Assembly (NCBI GenBank): GCA_000146045.2
Contig: BK006936.2
Span: forward strand, 1-64,000
Direction of reading: 5' to 3'
Origin: TPA_inf: Saccharomyces
Taxonomy: Eukaryota
Length of the DNA stretch: 64,000 bases
The notes under the pieces are model-generated. The model ran no database searches. It saw only the letters and a list, made by a program, of their open reading frames with translations, and was not told where the DNA came from. Every line of letters starts with the position of its first letter. Position 1 is the stretch's first letter. A program made the translations under genes and the position numbers. Shown here one piece after another: positions 10,847 through 22,075 of this stretch.

Positions 10847-13800
10847 CTAAAAACCTACAGCGCTCTTCATCATATCCCTTCCCGTTTCTTCCATTGCGTC
10901 ATTCATGGTTTGTCCCATTGTGGTTGCATAGTCATTAATAGTGGTTTCTACCGTGTCTAAACGAGTTTCAATTGCCCTAGAAACACTTTTAAGGACACCA
11001 TATCCATTACTTCTTCCAGAGCTTCTTACAGGTCTGGCATACCTGTGATCTTCCGTACCGGGAGGTAACTTTCTGGCTGCATTACTACTACTGGAAGATA
11101 TGCATCCTCGAGCAATTGCGCTTTCCTCATACTTCGATTCGGGCCTTTCTATACCGCCCAGTAGCTCATCAAGTTGATATGGTGTGCAATAAATAGTTCC
11201 TCTAGCCCATTGTAAGGAATTCACTTGAGGCCTATAACCAATCTTTAAATCAGGATTGTACAAGGTATCAATAGGAGTATGTTGTGATATGTCAGCAGTA
11301 TGATTCGTTCCGGTGGCACTTTCATTAAGTACTGAAATCAAAGAGGCTTGGAATTTCCCTGTGCGAATGACAATGTCACCATTTTCTAATATAGATGAAT
11401 TTTCAACGTATTGAGCGCTTAGAGGGACCGGGCAGCGTAGATTTTTGACTTCCTTAAGCTCAGGTACTGTCAAAACTTTAATATCTCCATTAATTAGCAA
11501 AACGATCATAATAGTTGAAAGCTTTCTTTCTCCTTTACCGTCAATAATGGGAATAAATGATAATCCACTAGTGGCAATTGGATACTTGAAAAGCGCATGA
11601 GTGTCCTTAGATTTACCTGGTGATACTAAACGAATGTCATTTGCGCCACTGATAGTAACAAATCCAGGTATTGCGATACCCTTGCTTAAACCCTGCATCT
11701 TTGATATAGTAGCAGAACAACTGTAGCCAGTATCTTTGGCAAAAGAATTTATTCCTAGAATTTTTCCTTGATTGTTGGTCTTTGTTGCATCAGTGAATTT
11801 AACCTCAAATCTTCCATTAGTTGCAGGCAGTATTTTGAAAGTCATCAATTCCCCGATATCCGTTCCACATAGCATCAAAATACTAGAGAACCCATCATCT
11901 CCATATTCCATGACGCAAAAGTGAACGGTTGAAACGTAAGAGCTACCAGCTTTAGAAATGACCCTAATATTTTCATTGAAGATTATAGCCGGGCCTCTTC
12001 TGTCCAATATTATTAAGGTTCCTTCAATGAAACCAACGGCAACGAACCCGATATTACTATTCATGATTGCGGACACCGCACCTTTTTTAGCATGTATTAC
12101 CGTACTTGGTATAAAGCCTTGTTTAACGTTCGTAGGCCCTCTATCCGAAACATCAACTAAAATAGTTTTTGAATCATCCAATGAAAATCTGCTAAACTTC
12201 AATTGCAGTGCATCGCTTTTGGGAAGTTGTCCGTAAAACTTGTTTGTTTCGAATTTGAAAAGAATAACATCCCCAACCTCAGATGATACCGCCAATTCCA
12301 ATGTTTCCGATGCAAAGGAGATATTTTTTATGGCCAGGTTAGTAGCTCTGTTAAGTACTTTAGCAGTATTCACTTCAAATACAGCGTTGTCAGTTACTTC
12401 ACTGTGTGAAGCATCCCATATTCTGACTGAACCATTACTATGCCCAGTTAGTAAAGCAGATCTGGTCTCATGCCTTCTAATATTTCTGGTGGCAGGAATA
12501 CCACCTTTTAAAAACGATTCACTTTGAGCGATTGTCATCATCCCCAGCCAAAGATTTTTTTGAACTGATTGCGCTATACAAGTAGTAACCGTTGGTCGAA
12601 CCCATGCTAAGCTCCGAGGGAAAATGGAGGCCTTGGAACTAAAAGAGCCTGCTGGGTATATCAATGTTTCAAGTTCGCCATCTTCTAAAAGTAATAAAAT
12701 GAGGTTTGTGTCATGGCATCCACCAAAATATGGAGAAGCCTTCGGCAAGGGTAGAAAATTTATTAGTGGAGCTTTGCCAATCAACGAAAATAGTTTTTGT
12801 TGAACCGGTTTAGCATAGTACTTGCTCATTGCGTCAAATGATGTCACAGAATACATTGGTGTGCCGCCTAAGTCAATCATGGTTATTTCCTGAGGTAAAC
12901 AGGGATTTTCTGTAGCTTTTGTTGCAATCAACAACGATGTATACTCAGGATTACGCTGGCAAAGCCAGCTTACTTTAAAGATAGCGGGTGTTTCTGTAAA
13001 GGAACAGTCTTTCAAGGCAGGATTTGGAAAATTCACATGTGTTTCAAATATACTTCTAGCGTGAATCAGTTTACCGCTATTGACATCCCAAAATACCAAG
13101 GAATTATCTTCATGGACAGTTAATATATGTAAGGAATTTGGGTGATAAAGTGACTGAATGACCTTTGGAGTGCGTTTCTTTTCTATGTTTGTGGATAGAT
13201 CACCGCCCGGAGCATACGGTTCTAATTGGTAAAAAAAATGTTGCTTGACTTTGTAGTCAATGAAAGAATATATGACTGTAATATGCTCATATGATATAAG
13301 TATCGTTCCTATGTCTCTAGGATTCCATTGGATAGAAATAACCGGTGATAGCCTCTCTTTTGGCAAAAACACACTTTTCTGGAAGTTTTCAATTTTCAAT
13401 TTGGACATTTGATTTCTATCCACATCATAGATCAATATGGATCCACTCTCGAGGCCAATCAGCATCCAATCCAAGGACGGATCAGTCTCAATACAAGTGA
13501 TGCTGTTTGGACAGAAAACAGTAGTTAGAATCTGTTTCGAGTGTACTGAAAGAACTATTATGTTGCTCTTCTCATCTACAGCTATCAGATAAATTCCTTT
13601 AATAAACCGCATGTGTTTAATTTGAGGTCGATTTTTTAACGTAAATACGACCTCTATTTGCTTTTGCCCATAAACATGTATCTCCCCAGCAGTAGTTGCA
13701 ACTGCCAAAAGGCTTTGAGTATAGTCGAATGTGGTAACAGTGATTCGTCCATTTATGCCGTATGTGCATATTTTCTTAGTATCGAAAAATTTGGAGTTAA

Positions 13801-13879
13801 TACCATTTGAGACGTCATGAACTCTCGCGGATTTGATAGCATTTGACACATTCTTCAAATGCCTGCTTTTCTTAAACAT
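10847..13879 (-). CDS. SRO77: Lgl/tomosyn-family WD40 protein, Sro7 paralog, 1010 aa
   Basis: Full-length ORF MFKKSRHLKNVSNAIKSARVHDV...; repeated WD-like motifs (e.g. WD at VFWDVNSGK, RIWDASHSE). Confidence 0.9.
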   Translation of the reverse strand: MFKKSRHLKNVSNAIKSARVHDVSNGINSKFFDTKKICTYGINGRITVTTFDYTQSLLAVATTAGEIHVYGQKQIEVVFTLKNRPQIKHMRFIKGIYLIAVDEKSNIIVLSVHSKQILTTVFCPNSITCIETDPSLDWMLIGLESGSILIYDVDRNQMSKLKIENFQKSVFLPKERLSPVISIQWNPRDIGTILISYEHITVIYSFIDYKVKQHFFYQLEPYAPGGDLSTNIEKKRTPKVIQSLYHPNSLHILTVHEDNSLVFWDVNSGKLIHARSIFETHVNFPNPALKDCSFTETPAIFKVSWLCQRNPEYTSLLIATKATENPCLPQEITMIDLGGTPMYSVTSFDAMSKYYAKPVQQKLFSLIGKAPLINFLPLPKASPYFGGCHDTNLILLLLEDGELETLIYPAGSFSSKASIFPRSLAWVRPTVTTCIAQSVQKNLWLGMMTIAQSESFLKGGIPATRNIRRHETRSALLTGHSNGSVRIWDASHSEVTDNAVFEVNTAKVLNRATNLAIKNISFASETLELAVSSEVGDVILFKFETNKFYGQLPKSDALQLKFSRFSLDDSKTILVDVSDRGPTNVKQGFIPSTVIHAKKGAVSAIMNSNIGFVAVGFIEGTLIILDRRGPAIIFNENIRVISKAGSSYVSTVHFCVMEYGDDGFSSILMLCGTDIGELMTFKILPATNGRFEVKFTDATKTNNQGKILGINSFAKDTGYSCSATISKMQGLSKGIAIPGFVTISGANDIRLVSPGKSKDTHALFKYPIATSGLSFIPIIDGKGERKLSTIMIVLLINGDIKVLTVPELKEVKNLRCPVPLSAQYVENSSILENGDIVIRTGKFQASLISVLNESATGTNHTADISQHTPIDTLYNPDLKIGYRPQVNSLQWARGTIYCTPYQLDELLGGIERPESKYEESAIARGCISSSSSNAARKLPPGTEDHRYARPVRSSGRSNGYGVLKSVSRAIETRLDTVETTINDYATTMGQTMNDAMEETGRDMMKSAVGF

Positions 13880-14240
13880 TTATAAAATTTTTGTATCTGT
13901 TCAATTGACAATTTTGTAACTTTTATAATCTGTCAACTTTAGAAATATGTTAGTAGTAATATAATACTGAGCTGTTTCTTAAATGCTTCCTTAATAATGT
14001 AAACAGAATGCGCATTGTTGAACATACGGCTTCGCATCGCATCGCTTAAACGAGGTTTTTCATATGCATGCTCCAAGATAGGTACGAACAAAAAAGAGGC
14101 ATTGCATCAAAATGGATAGTTTCAGTTTATGTAACAAAATCTCATTAAAAAAACCCTCTCCTCCTATGAAGCGGAACAGTTCAACTTTTCCGCTTAGATG
14201 TTTTATATAAAATTAAATAAATCATGGCATGACCTTTTCT

Positions 14241-17200
14241 TCATAAATCCAAATCATCTGGCATAAAGGAAAATCCTCTAAACTCTTCTTGCTGGCTCGT
14301 TGTCAAAACAGAGGGCAGAGGTGTAAGTGTGGGTGGCGCAGAGGTGAATTCTTGCTCGAAATATGATGTATCTTCCGGAGATTTAATTTCTGGGATGTAG
14401 GGTGGTTTCACGCGAAGGTTTAAGATATCGTCAAAGTTGATGTTACGGAAGAAAGGTTCTTCCATAACTTCGTCTGCGTCCCTGGGACCAGCACCCAACC
14501 TCTTTTCAGGATCTTTTGTTAATAGGCCTTGGAATATTTGTACAATCTCACCTGCCATATCTATTGGGTATAAGGGTTCATCGGTAAGGATAGCGTTAAA
14601 AACTTCATCTTCGTCATCTCCTGAGAATGGAGATTGGCACAGTAGCATTTGATATAGCAGCACCCCAAATGCCCACCAATCGACAGCTTTGGTATATTCT
14701 TGCTCTTTTAAAATTTCTGGAGCCATAAATTCTGGTGTGCCACAAAATGTAGAAGTTCTATTACCATACCACATTTCATCTTTACACAAACCATAATCGG
14801 CAATTTTTATATGACCTTCTGGAGTTAATAGAATGTTTTCCAACTTCAAATCACGGTATATTACACCATTATCATGAAAATATTTCAGAGCCAGTAAGAC
14901 CTCGGCGGCATAAAATTTGGCCCTTCTTACAGATAGTCTTTGGTTTTGAACATGCCACATTAAGTCACCGCCCCCAATAAACTCCATAGCAAAATATATA
15001 CGGTTTTCAGTTTGAAAAGAGCAGTATAGATTGGTTAAGAATGGGTGTTTAGTTTTTGTGGCTAACAAAAATACTTTCTTTTCTGCTCTTGCACTCTCGA
15101 TGTCATGATTTTGAATAATATTATCTTTCTTCAGAACTTTTATGGCACAAAGCCTGTCAGTATTCTTTGATTTAGATAAAATAACTTTACCAAAATTACC
15201 TTTACCAAGAACTTTGAGTAATACGAAATTATCTAATGAAACCTTACGACGTTTAGCCGCTCTCTTTTTATGCTTTGCGCTTGTGCTGGTTTGTGATTTC
15301 TGCGGAGATTGTTGATCAGTGGTTCTGGAGGCATGAGTACTTGTAGGAGCCAAGGACACTGTTTCTTGTAGTACTTCCTTTGAAGCATGGTCTTGTTCAA
15401 TTTGAAAGGTTTCACTATTCATATCGCGGAATGGATTTGTGTGTGTGGAATCTATTGTCAAATCAGCTTCACGGAAATCATTTTTGTTCTCCCAGTCTAG
15501 TTTCTGTTTGGTCTCTAAATCAATGTGATCAACTTCTAGATCCTCTTGGATTTCCCCACTATCTTGTTTTATTTCAAGTTCCATTTCCTCACGTTGTGCT
15601 TTCCACAGTTCAAGTTCATCTCTCATTAAATCATCTTTAGATTCCCAAGTTTGACTATGCTCAATAGATAAATCAGTGAGTCCCAAGGAACGTCTATTCG
15701 ACGTTGGATCCAGTGTTTTCTCTGGTGATGAAAATTCGGCGGTTTGTTGTGCACCTTCTGTAAAATTTAAATAGGCCTCATTTTCATCGATAAATTTATT
15801 TAGTTTCTCACGCCCGTGCGTTTGTAGTGAAATTCTTTTATCAATAATAGGATCATGCTGCTTAGTTGGAGAATCTCTTCCTACCTTCTGAGGCGAAGGA
15901 GTTTTATCATGTTTTCTTGGCTGAGGAGGCAAAGGAGCGTTTGCCCTTTCAGCTAATTTGGATGGGGAAAGATCACTACCATTGGCAGTACCAATAGATG
16001 ACCCCAACTGTGCCGACGGAACTGTCCTCTTCTTTTTCTCTTGATTACGTTTTGTGTCTTGAATCGTTTTCAGAATTTTATTAGCCATTTCCATCGACAT
16101 GCCACAGAAATCGGGAACCAAATGAGCACATTGAGCATGACACATTATACCACATTCAGAACATTTGCGTACTTTATGTCTACCCCATGGTAAAATATAA
16201 CCACAGTGACAGCACCATTTAGTACCACGGTTTGAAGTAGGCAGGAATCTATGAGGAATACGGTGGTTCAACTTTGCCTCGTCCGGATCCGTATCAGTAG
16301 AAGTTTTAGCAATACACTTAGTAACAACATTGGTGTAACATTTTTTGTGACATAAAAATTTACAATCTTGACATTGGAACCCAGTATACCGAAGGAAATC
16401 ACCACAATATGCACAGCACATAATGTTGTAAAATGATTTTTGTACAAAGTGGTGGCCATGCTGTTCGAATATCTCTTCTTTCCTATTGATAATAGCACCA
16501 TGACGATGTAGTCCACCCATCAACTGCTTCCTTTCTATTTGAGAAGACTTGTGGAATCCTAGTGTTAACAAAATCTGCCCGGATGGTTCTAAGACAAACC
16601 ATGAATTCGTACTGATTTGACTAGTTGATGTATTTTCGCCTTGCACATTCTTTGCTGAAGTAGACTGAATGGCTGAGTTTGAGTATGTAGAAGTCAATGT
16701 GCTTCCCTCTTCGCTAGCGAGAGAAGAACCACCATTAATGTTTGAAGCGTTGACCCATCCTTGTTGTTCATTTGTTTGTCCGGCTTTCTTCTTACGAATT
16801 TCTTCAGCGATATCGGAAAGCAGTAACCACATTATAGCCACTGGAATGAGCGAGTCGTTCACCTTATCATATACAGTAATCTCGATTTCATTCCCTTTTT
16901 CAACTGGAATTTGAAAATCTTCACTCCACCTGTCATTTCTAGAAGGCTTCGTTCTGGCTTTGATCGTATCATCGATTTTTATAGTAACGTAGCTCTCTGG
17001 CTTCCTGGCAAACATCGGTGATTGTATATGGTCAACATCTCTAGCAGCAGTTATTCCAATTGTTAGAACGCCAGTCAGTTGTTTTCTTCGGAATTTCGGT
17101 TGTTGATTATCCATTATGTCATTGGGTTGGTGTTTAAATTGATCAAAGTCAACGTTAATAGCTTGGTATTTCTTCAAAGCTTTGTTAAGCATTTGAATCC

Positions 17201-17696
17201 TGTATTTGGATTCCATAGCACCCCCTTCTGCCGCAGAACTACTACGTTGATCACCGTCAATTTGATACAATTTAGTCAATTTAGTATTGGCTTCTTGGTA
17301 TTGCTTTTCCACCTGTAATTTGAATTCTAATTGTTGCAACATGTATTGGATTCTTTGCGCCAAAGAAGGGCAATCATATTTTACTAAATCCAAACGAGAA
17401 AATATGTGTTCATTTGGCGATTTGGTAGAAAGAAACCCGTATTCCTTCGAATTGCATCGCTCATTATCTTCGCTGCCATTTTCACCCTGACTTTGTTGAG
17501 CGGTCTTCAACCGTAATTTTTTTAAGCTATCCTCCAAGTACTCAAGATTTTGACGTGCCTCTCTAATATTCGTATTACATTTCTGAATGACCATAACATT
17601 GCTAGTCTTTTTCTTGAGGGCAGAAGCTCCCCGAATAATATTTTCTTCGACGGCTATCTTTTTTTTAATGTTCTGCTCCAATTGTGAAAAACTCAT
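14241..17696 (-). CDS. PKC1: Protein kinase C, 1151 aa
   Basis: N-terminal MSFSQLEQNIKKKIAVEENIIRGASALKKK (HR1). Two C1 zinc fingers (HHFVQKSFYNIMCCAYCGDFL...; HRFLPTSNRGTKWCCHCGYIL...). Kinase domain with GKGNFGKV, YRDLKLENILL, DYGLCK and an AGC tail. Confidence 0.95.
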   Translation of the reverse strand: MSFSQLEQNIKKKIAVEENIIRGASALKKKTSNVMVIQKCNTNIREARQNLEYLEDSLKKLRLKTAQQSQGENGSEDNERCNSKEYGFLSTKSPNEHIFSRLDLVKYDCPSLAQRIQYMLQQLEFKLQVEKQYQEANTKLTKLYQIDGDQRSSSAAEGGAMESKYRIQMLNKALKKYQAINVDFDQFKHQPNDIMDNQQPKFRRKQLTGVLTIGITAARDVDHIQSPMFARKPESYVTIKIDDTIKARTKPSRNDRWSEDFQIPVEKGNEIEITVYDKVNDSLIPVAIMWLLLSDIAEEIRKKKAGQTNEQQGWVNASNINGGSSLASEEGSTLTSTYSNSAIQSTSAKNVQGENTSTSQISTNSWFVLEPSGQILLTLGFHKSSQIERKQLMGGLHRHGAIINRKEEIFEQHGHHFVQKSFYNIMCCAYCGDFLRYTGFQCQDCKFLCHKKCYTNVVTKCIAKTSTDTDPDEAKLNHRIPHRFLPTSNRGTKWCCHCGYILPWGRHKVRKCSECGIMCHAQCAHLVPDFCGMSMEMANKILKTIQDTKRNQEKKKRTVPSAQLGSSIGTANGSDLSPSKLAERANAPLPPQPRKHDKTPSPQKVGRDSPTKQHDPIIDKRISLQTHGREKLNKFIDENEAYLNFTEGAQQTAEFSSPEKTLDPTSNRRSLGLTDLSIEHSQTWESKDDLMRDELELWKAQREEMELEIKQDSGEIQEDLEVDHIDLETKQKLDWENKNDFREADLTIDSTHTNPFRDMNSETFQIEQDHASKEVLQETVSLAPTSTHASRTTDQQSPQKSQTSTSAKHKKRAAKRRKVSLDNFVLLKVLGKGNFGKVILSKSKNTDRLCAIKVLKKDNIIQNHDIESARAEKKVFLLATKTKHPFLTNLYCSFQTENRIYFAMEFIGGGDLMWHVQNQRLSVRRAKFYAAEVLLALKYFHDNGVIYRDLKLENILLTPEGHIKIADYGLCKDEMWYGNRTSTFCGTPEFMAPEILKEQEYTKAVDWWAFGVLLYQMLLCQSPFSGDDEDEVFNAILTDEPLYPIDMAGEIVQIFQGLLTKDPEKRLGAGPRDADEVMEEPFFRNINFDDILNLRVKPPYIPEIKSPEDTSYFEQEFTSAPPTLTPLPSVLTTSQQEEFRGFSFMPDDLDL

Positions 17697-18176
17697 GACT
17701 GTAAACTGCTCCCTATATGTGTGATACTATACTTACTTTTCCTCGCTAGAGCTTCTCTCCGCAGCTACTGTTCTAGGTTTTATTCCTATTGATTATCTAA
17801 TATAGTTTTAAAAATCTATACTGAAAGGGGATCGACGCTGAATACCTCTAACGTAAGTGTGGACGAGTGGTGGCAGAGACTTTTACAATGGTTAATAATC
17901 AGTCTCTACTCAGCCAAATTGAATAGCAGTGAAATCGTAGCTCTTTTACTGCTCCTGAACCTGTCGTATTACTTTCGATAGAGTAGATCAACTTTATTAT
18001 CCACGCTTGTTAACTCTTTTCGTCGGTTTTTTTCGCCTTTAAAACTAGGCGGGCTGGGTAATGAAGATAGCAATGCCTCATAAATACAATGTTATACTAA
18101 TTACGTTTTTTCTTTGGTTATGTATATATATTGTGAGAATAAAGAGAAGTTGCAAGATTTGGTTTATTGTACAATA

Positions 18177-21100
18177 CTACTTATTACACTGGCAGGTGCA
18201 ACCTGGAGTGGGACAAACATTATGTCTGTCAAACCATTCTTCAGCGTGACCGGCATGCATACCATGGTTGCAACTCAAACAGAAGCTGAACCACTCGTTC
18301 AACTTCAGTTTTCTACTTACGAGTTCGCGATTTGCACCATCTTGAGAGTCTTCTGTCTGCATTGGATCGCGTGATTGCGTCCCATTTATTACAAAAGGTA
18401 AGTTTGACGTTCCTAGAGGCATGAGACATATGGCACATCTTGGAAATGAAGACCCACAGTGTGGGCAACAATACTTATGTCTTGGCTTTTCATCAGCTGC
18501 TTGTGCTTCAGAACTTCCAGTATTAAATTTCTTGTAGTCAGCGTTATTTCTTCTATAGGCTTCACCATTTTTGTAATTTCCAGCACTAGTAGAGACGGCG
18601 CTAGAAGGTGAGGATGTGCGCGGAGTGTTGATGTTTTGTTTACAGTTTTGACATTGGATATATATTTGCCGGGGCTTTATGTCTGCAGTTAATACACCAG
18701 TTTTAGTTCTCGATAATTTTGATCTTAAAACATCGAACCTGGCTCGCATGGAGAATAATTCCCACGATTTAAGCATATCTCTATAAGTTTGTATCCATTC
18801 ATCTACTCGTTGGTCGCGGAAATATCTAGGGGAGCCGAAAATTGATATCAGTGCGGCACTCTGAACATCGCTGGTTTTATTAACGTATGATTGCAGTAGA
18901 TCGATACCATTAGGTGTTATTCCGGTGAGAATTAAACCTTCTAATTCGCCGTTTTCAATAACTGTAGATGAAGTTCTATCTAAGAAAGTGGTTAGGTCTG
19001 TATCATTCAAAAACCTTAGAGCTACCCCTAATCGTTCTCTCAAAGATATGGCAGGTTCATAAAGAATATCCCACCAATCATTGTCTGCGATAAAGGCGAA
19101 AATAACTCTCAAGTAAGGATCATCTAATTCGGAGGACATTTTTCTGCATTGCTGCCTCCATGCATTGTTACCTGGCAGATCCTTATACGCCAAGTAACCT
19201 GCAATAGCGGTGGCAATTAGTCTCAATCTTTCCTTTTTTGCAGATCCCAATATTTCTACAGCCTTTGGGATATCACCAAAAAATACCGCCCAAGCGGCAG
19301 CTTTTTCATAATGGCCGTTTTTCATAATTATGTTGTACTTGTCTTCATAATCAGATCTGGAAAGGTCCCATCCTGAGATAATTAAACAGAGTCTTCTCTG
19401 AACGTACTTTGGTGAACCAGCGGCATTGGCAATAGGACTGTTCCGATCCCTATTTTTCCTTCTTAGTTTGATGATTTTTTCCATTTCTTTATTTAGTTGT
19501 TTATCAGAAAGAATTGTCTCTTGTCTATATCTGTCTTGGTTCGATATTCCGTTTATACCATTCCAAATACCTATCACACCTTCGTAACCTAAGTCAAGAT
19601 CACCAGAAACCATCGTACCATCGTCAACAGAAGCCTTTGCAATCGCGATCCACCTCCATGTGTTCCTTATATAAGCATTGTTTTGTAGATTTTTAGAAGA
19701 ATCAATCATCTCTACCGTGTTCATTGGATCCAAACCATATCCCAATGAAGCTCGCGTCCTCATTATTACACTTATATCTTTTTCCAGAAGTTTTTCTGGC
19801 TTCCAGAACAGTTCAAATCCACGCTTACTGTCAAGGACATCATTACTCCCTTCATTTTCCTCTTCACTCAACTCGGAGTACTCAATTTCATTATTAGGTT
19901 CATCATGTCCAGACGGAAAGTAATCTTCGCTAACATCTAAATCCTCAAACGATAGATTCTTTAGGATTGTTTTTACATTCTCTAAGTTGGACTTTTCATG
20001 CTCATTGTTGACTCTAATTTCATCTATCTCAGTATTTTCAAAATTTGACAATAAGAGAGAGTTCCTATTATTGAGTATAGCCTTGGAGCATACCTCTGAA
20101 ATTGGCATTCTGTATATTGTTCCCGATTGTCTCATACAGATTAGACTTGTTCCATTATTACTTCTTGGAATATAATCAAATGTAGCAACTCTATCGTACA
20201 TCGTATTTGTGTCATGCACGGAAGAAACAAACAAATTCTCAATATTCATCTCGTTATCGTCATCTGCCGCAATATCACGATTGCTATCGCAGTAATAGCC
20301 TAACCTCCATCTTTTGATGGTATCACCTCTATGTAAGGTGGCAAATTCATTGTTCCTCACACATGACCACCTAAAGCAAGAGTTCATGTATTTCCTTGAC
20401 GCTGCACCGGATCCAACCAATTTTTCAAAAGTTAATAAAGGGGAAGCTACATTTAAATCACCAAGTGAAGCTTGGTCAGATAATTTTCTCCTATCCCAAA
20501 TAGCTAAGGTCCCATCATCCCCATAAGTACTAAATTGCCAATCGTTAAACGGGTTCAGTTTGATATCATACGTCAATCGTGTCGGATGTTGATAAATTGG
20601 GTTGGGGGATCTGACGTCAATTTCTTTCAAAAATTTCGTACTTGCAGCCAATACACTGGTATCGTTGAGGAACTTTAGGGATACTATGCTTTCATTTGTG
20701 CAATAACTAAACATTGGGTTGATAGTTTCATGCGAATCATCATGATAATTCATGTCCCAAATTTGTAAAGATGAATCATGCTTATTTCTGTCAAGACCCA
20801 TTGCTATAAGACCATTCGTATTTATTCCCAGAGAGTTTATACACCGCTGCTTCTTTGCTCGTACACGTATATCATAATTGGTTTCTGAAACAGGGTACCC
20901 TTGGGTATCCTTTAAATTTGAGACAGATCCAACTATATTTTCCGCCTGAGCTGCCTTACCACCGCTGGCATTTGTCATAGAAGTCTCGTTATTGGCATTT
21001 AAGCCCACTGGCGCATGGCTCGCTGGCGATGAGGAATTTTGTCCAGAGATATTAAAAATCCTTAAATATCCATTCTTTTCACCAACTCCAATCATACCAA

Positions 21101-21293
21101 TTTCTGATTCTGAATAGTCTAAGCAGGTGATACTGCCGAAGTCTTTCACAGTGTGTAATTTAATAATTGATTCATCAGATTCATTTTCCGGATCCACTTT
21201 ATAGTGGGTCACTTCATCTCTTGTAGGGTTCACTGAAAGATAATCAATCAAATTATCATATGACCAATGGGTCACTTTTTTGATGAGACCCAT
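18177..21293 (-). CDS. SEA4: SEA-complex WD40/RING protein, 1038 aa from the MGLIKKVTHW start
   Basis: ORF with N-terminal WD-like region and C-terminal RING-like cysteine/histidine cluster (CCPHCGSSFPRCAICL...CLSCNHGMHAGHAEEWF...CPTPGCTCQC). An in-frame ATG 44 codons upstream (21425) extends the ORF; see findings. Confidence 0.8.
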   Translation of the reverse strand: MGLIKKVTHWSYDNLIDYLSVNPTRDEVTHYKVDPENESDESIIKLHTVKDFGSITCLDYSESEIGMIGVGEKNGYLRIFNISGQNSSSPASHAPVGLNANNETSMTNASGGKAAQAENIVGSVSNLKDTQGYPVSETNYDIRVRAKKQRCINSLGINTNGLIAMGLDRNKHDSSLQIWDMNYHDDSHETINPMFSYCTNESIVSLKFLNDTSVLAASTKFLKEIDVRSPNPIYQHPTRLTYDIKLNPFNDWQFSTYGDDGTLAIWDRRKLSDQASLGDLNVASPLLTFEKLVGSGAASRKYMNSCFRWSCVRNNEFATLHRGDTIKRWRLGYYCDSNRDIAADDDNEMNIENLFVSSVHDTNTMYDRVATFDYIPRSNNGTSLICMRQSGTIYRMPISEVCSKAILNNRNSLLLSNFENTEIDEIRVNNEHEKSNLENVKTILKNLSFEDLDVSEDYFPSGHDEPNNEIEYSELSEEENEGSNDVLDSKRGFELFWKPEKLLEKDISVIMRTRASLGYGLDPMNTVEMIDSSKNLQNNAYIRNTWRWIAIAKASVDDGTMVSGDLDLGYEGVIGIWNGINGISNQDRYRQETILSDKQLNKEMEKIIKLRRKNRDRNSPIANAAGSPKYVQRRLCLIISGWDLSRSDYEDKYNIIMKNGHYEKAAAWAVFFGDIPKAVEILGSAKKERLRLIATAIAGYLAYKDLPGNNAWRQQCRKMSSELDDPYLRVIFAFIADNDWWDILYEPAISLRERLGVALRFLNDTDLTTFLDRTSSTVIENGELEGLILTGITPNGIDLLQSYVNKTSDVQSAALISIFGSPRYFRDQRVDEWIQTYRDMLKSWELFSMRARFDVLRSKLSRTKTGVLTADIKPRQIYIQCQNCKQNINTPRTSSPSSAVSTSAGNYKNGEAYRRNNADYKKFNTGSSEAQAADEKPRHKYCCPHCGSSFPRCAICLMPLGTSNLPFVINGTQSRDPMQTEDSQDGANRELVSRKLKLNEWFSFCLSCNHGMHAGHAEEWFDRHNVCPTPGCTCQCNK

Positions 21294-22075
21294 GTTTATT
21301 CTTCTATACGTTCGTGATACTGCACTTACGACTACCAGTAACATCAGAATAACCATAGAGCTTATGCTATCTTGAAATATATCATCGCCGTAAAGTATGA
21401 TGTGTAGCGCATTAGTCTTCTGCATTCATATTATCAGTGGTATACCGTTTGGTATATGCTTTCCAATCATGAAGTGTTGGCTCTACTCTATATAAATTCG
21501 ACATCCATTGATTTTCTCAATAAATGAGTTACCCAAGTAAGCTTTCCATTGATACAAGTGATCTACATTCTTGCGACGCCAAATTATAAAGCACTAAAAA
21601 TCATATCATACCCAATTGCGGGCAGCACATGTATATATTATACACTACTTATAACTAACCTTCTTCATATATAACAATATGCCTGATAATACTAATGCAT
21701 TTAAATCATATCATGAAAGAAAATTACATGGGTTTTATTGACATAATTGCATTTAGAATACATAAAATTCTAAAGAATTAATATATCCAAAGTATTAGAC
21801 ATAACCAAGAATAATAGTGAATAATTTTAGATTTTGTTACATATAATTCTGCTTGCCTATCTCTTCCACTCTTTTCAAAACGTTGCATGTAAGCGTTACT
21901 AATATTCCGCTTTATTTTGTTGCAATTCCTAATTTTTTCATTACATTATCTTGCGAGTACGGAAGCGATTAACGTTCTCCCAATAGAAGGAACAAACATA
22001 GATATTGAAGTTTTACTGCTTTTGCTTACCTGACCTTTTTCAAATTTAATTTTTTCCCGCTAATAAGACCATAAA

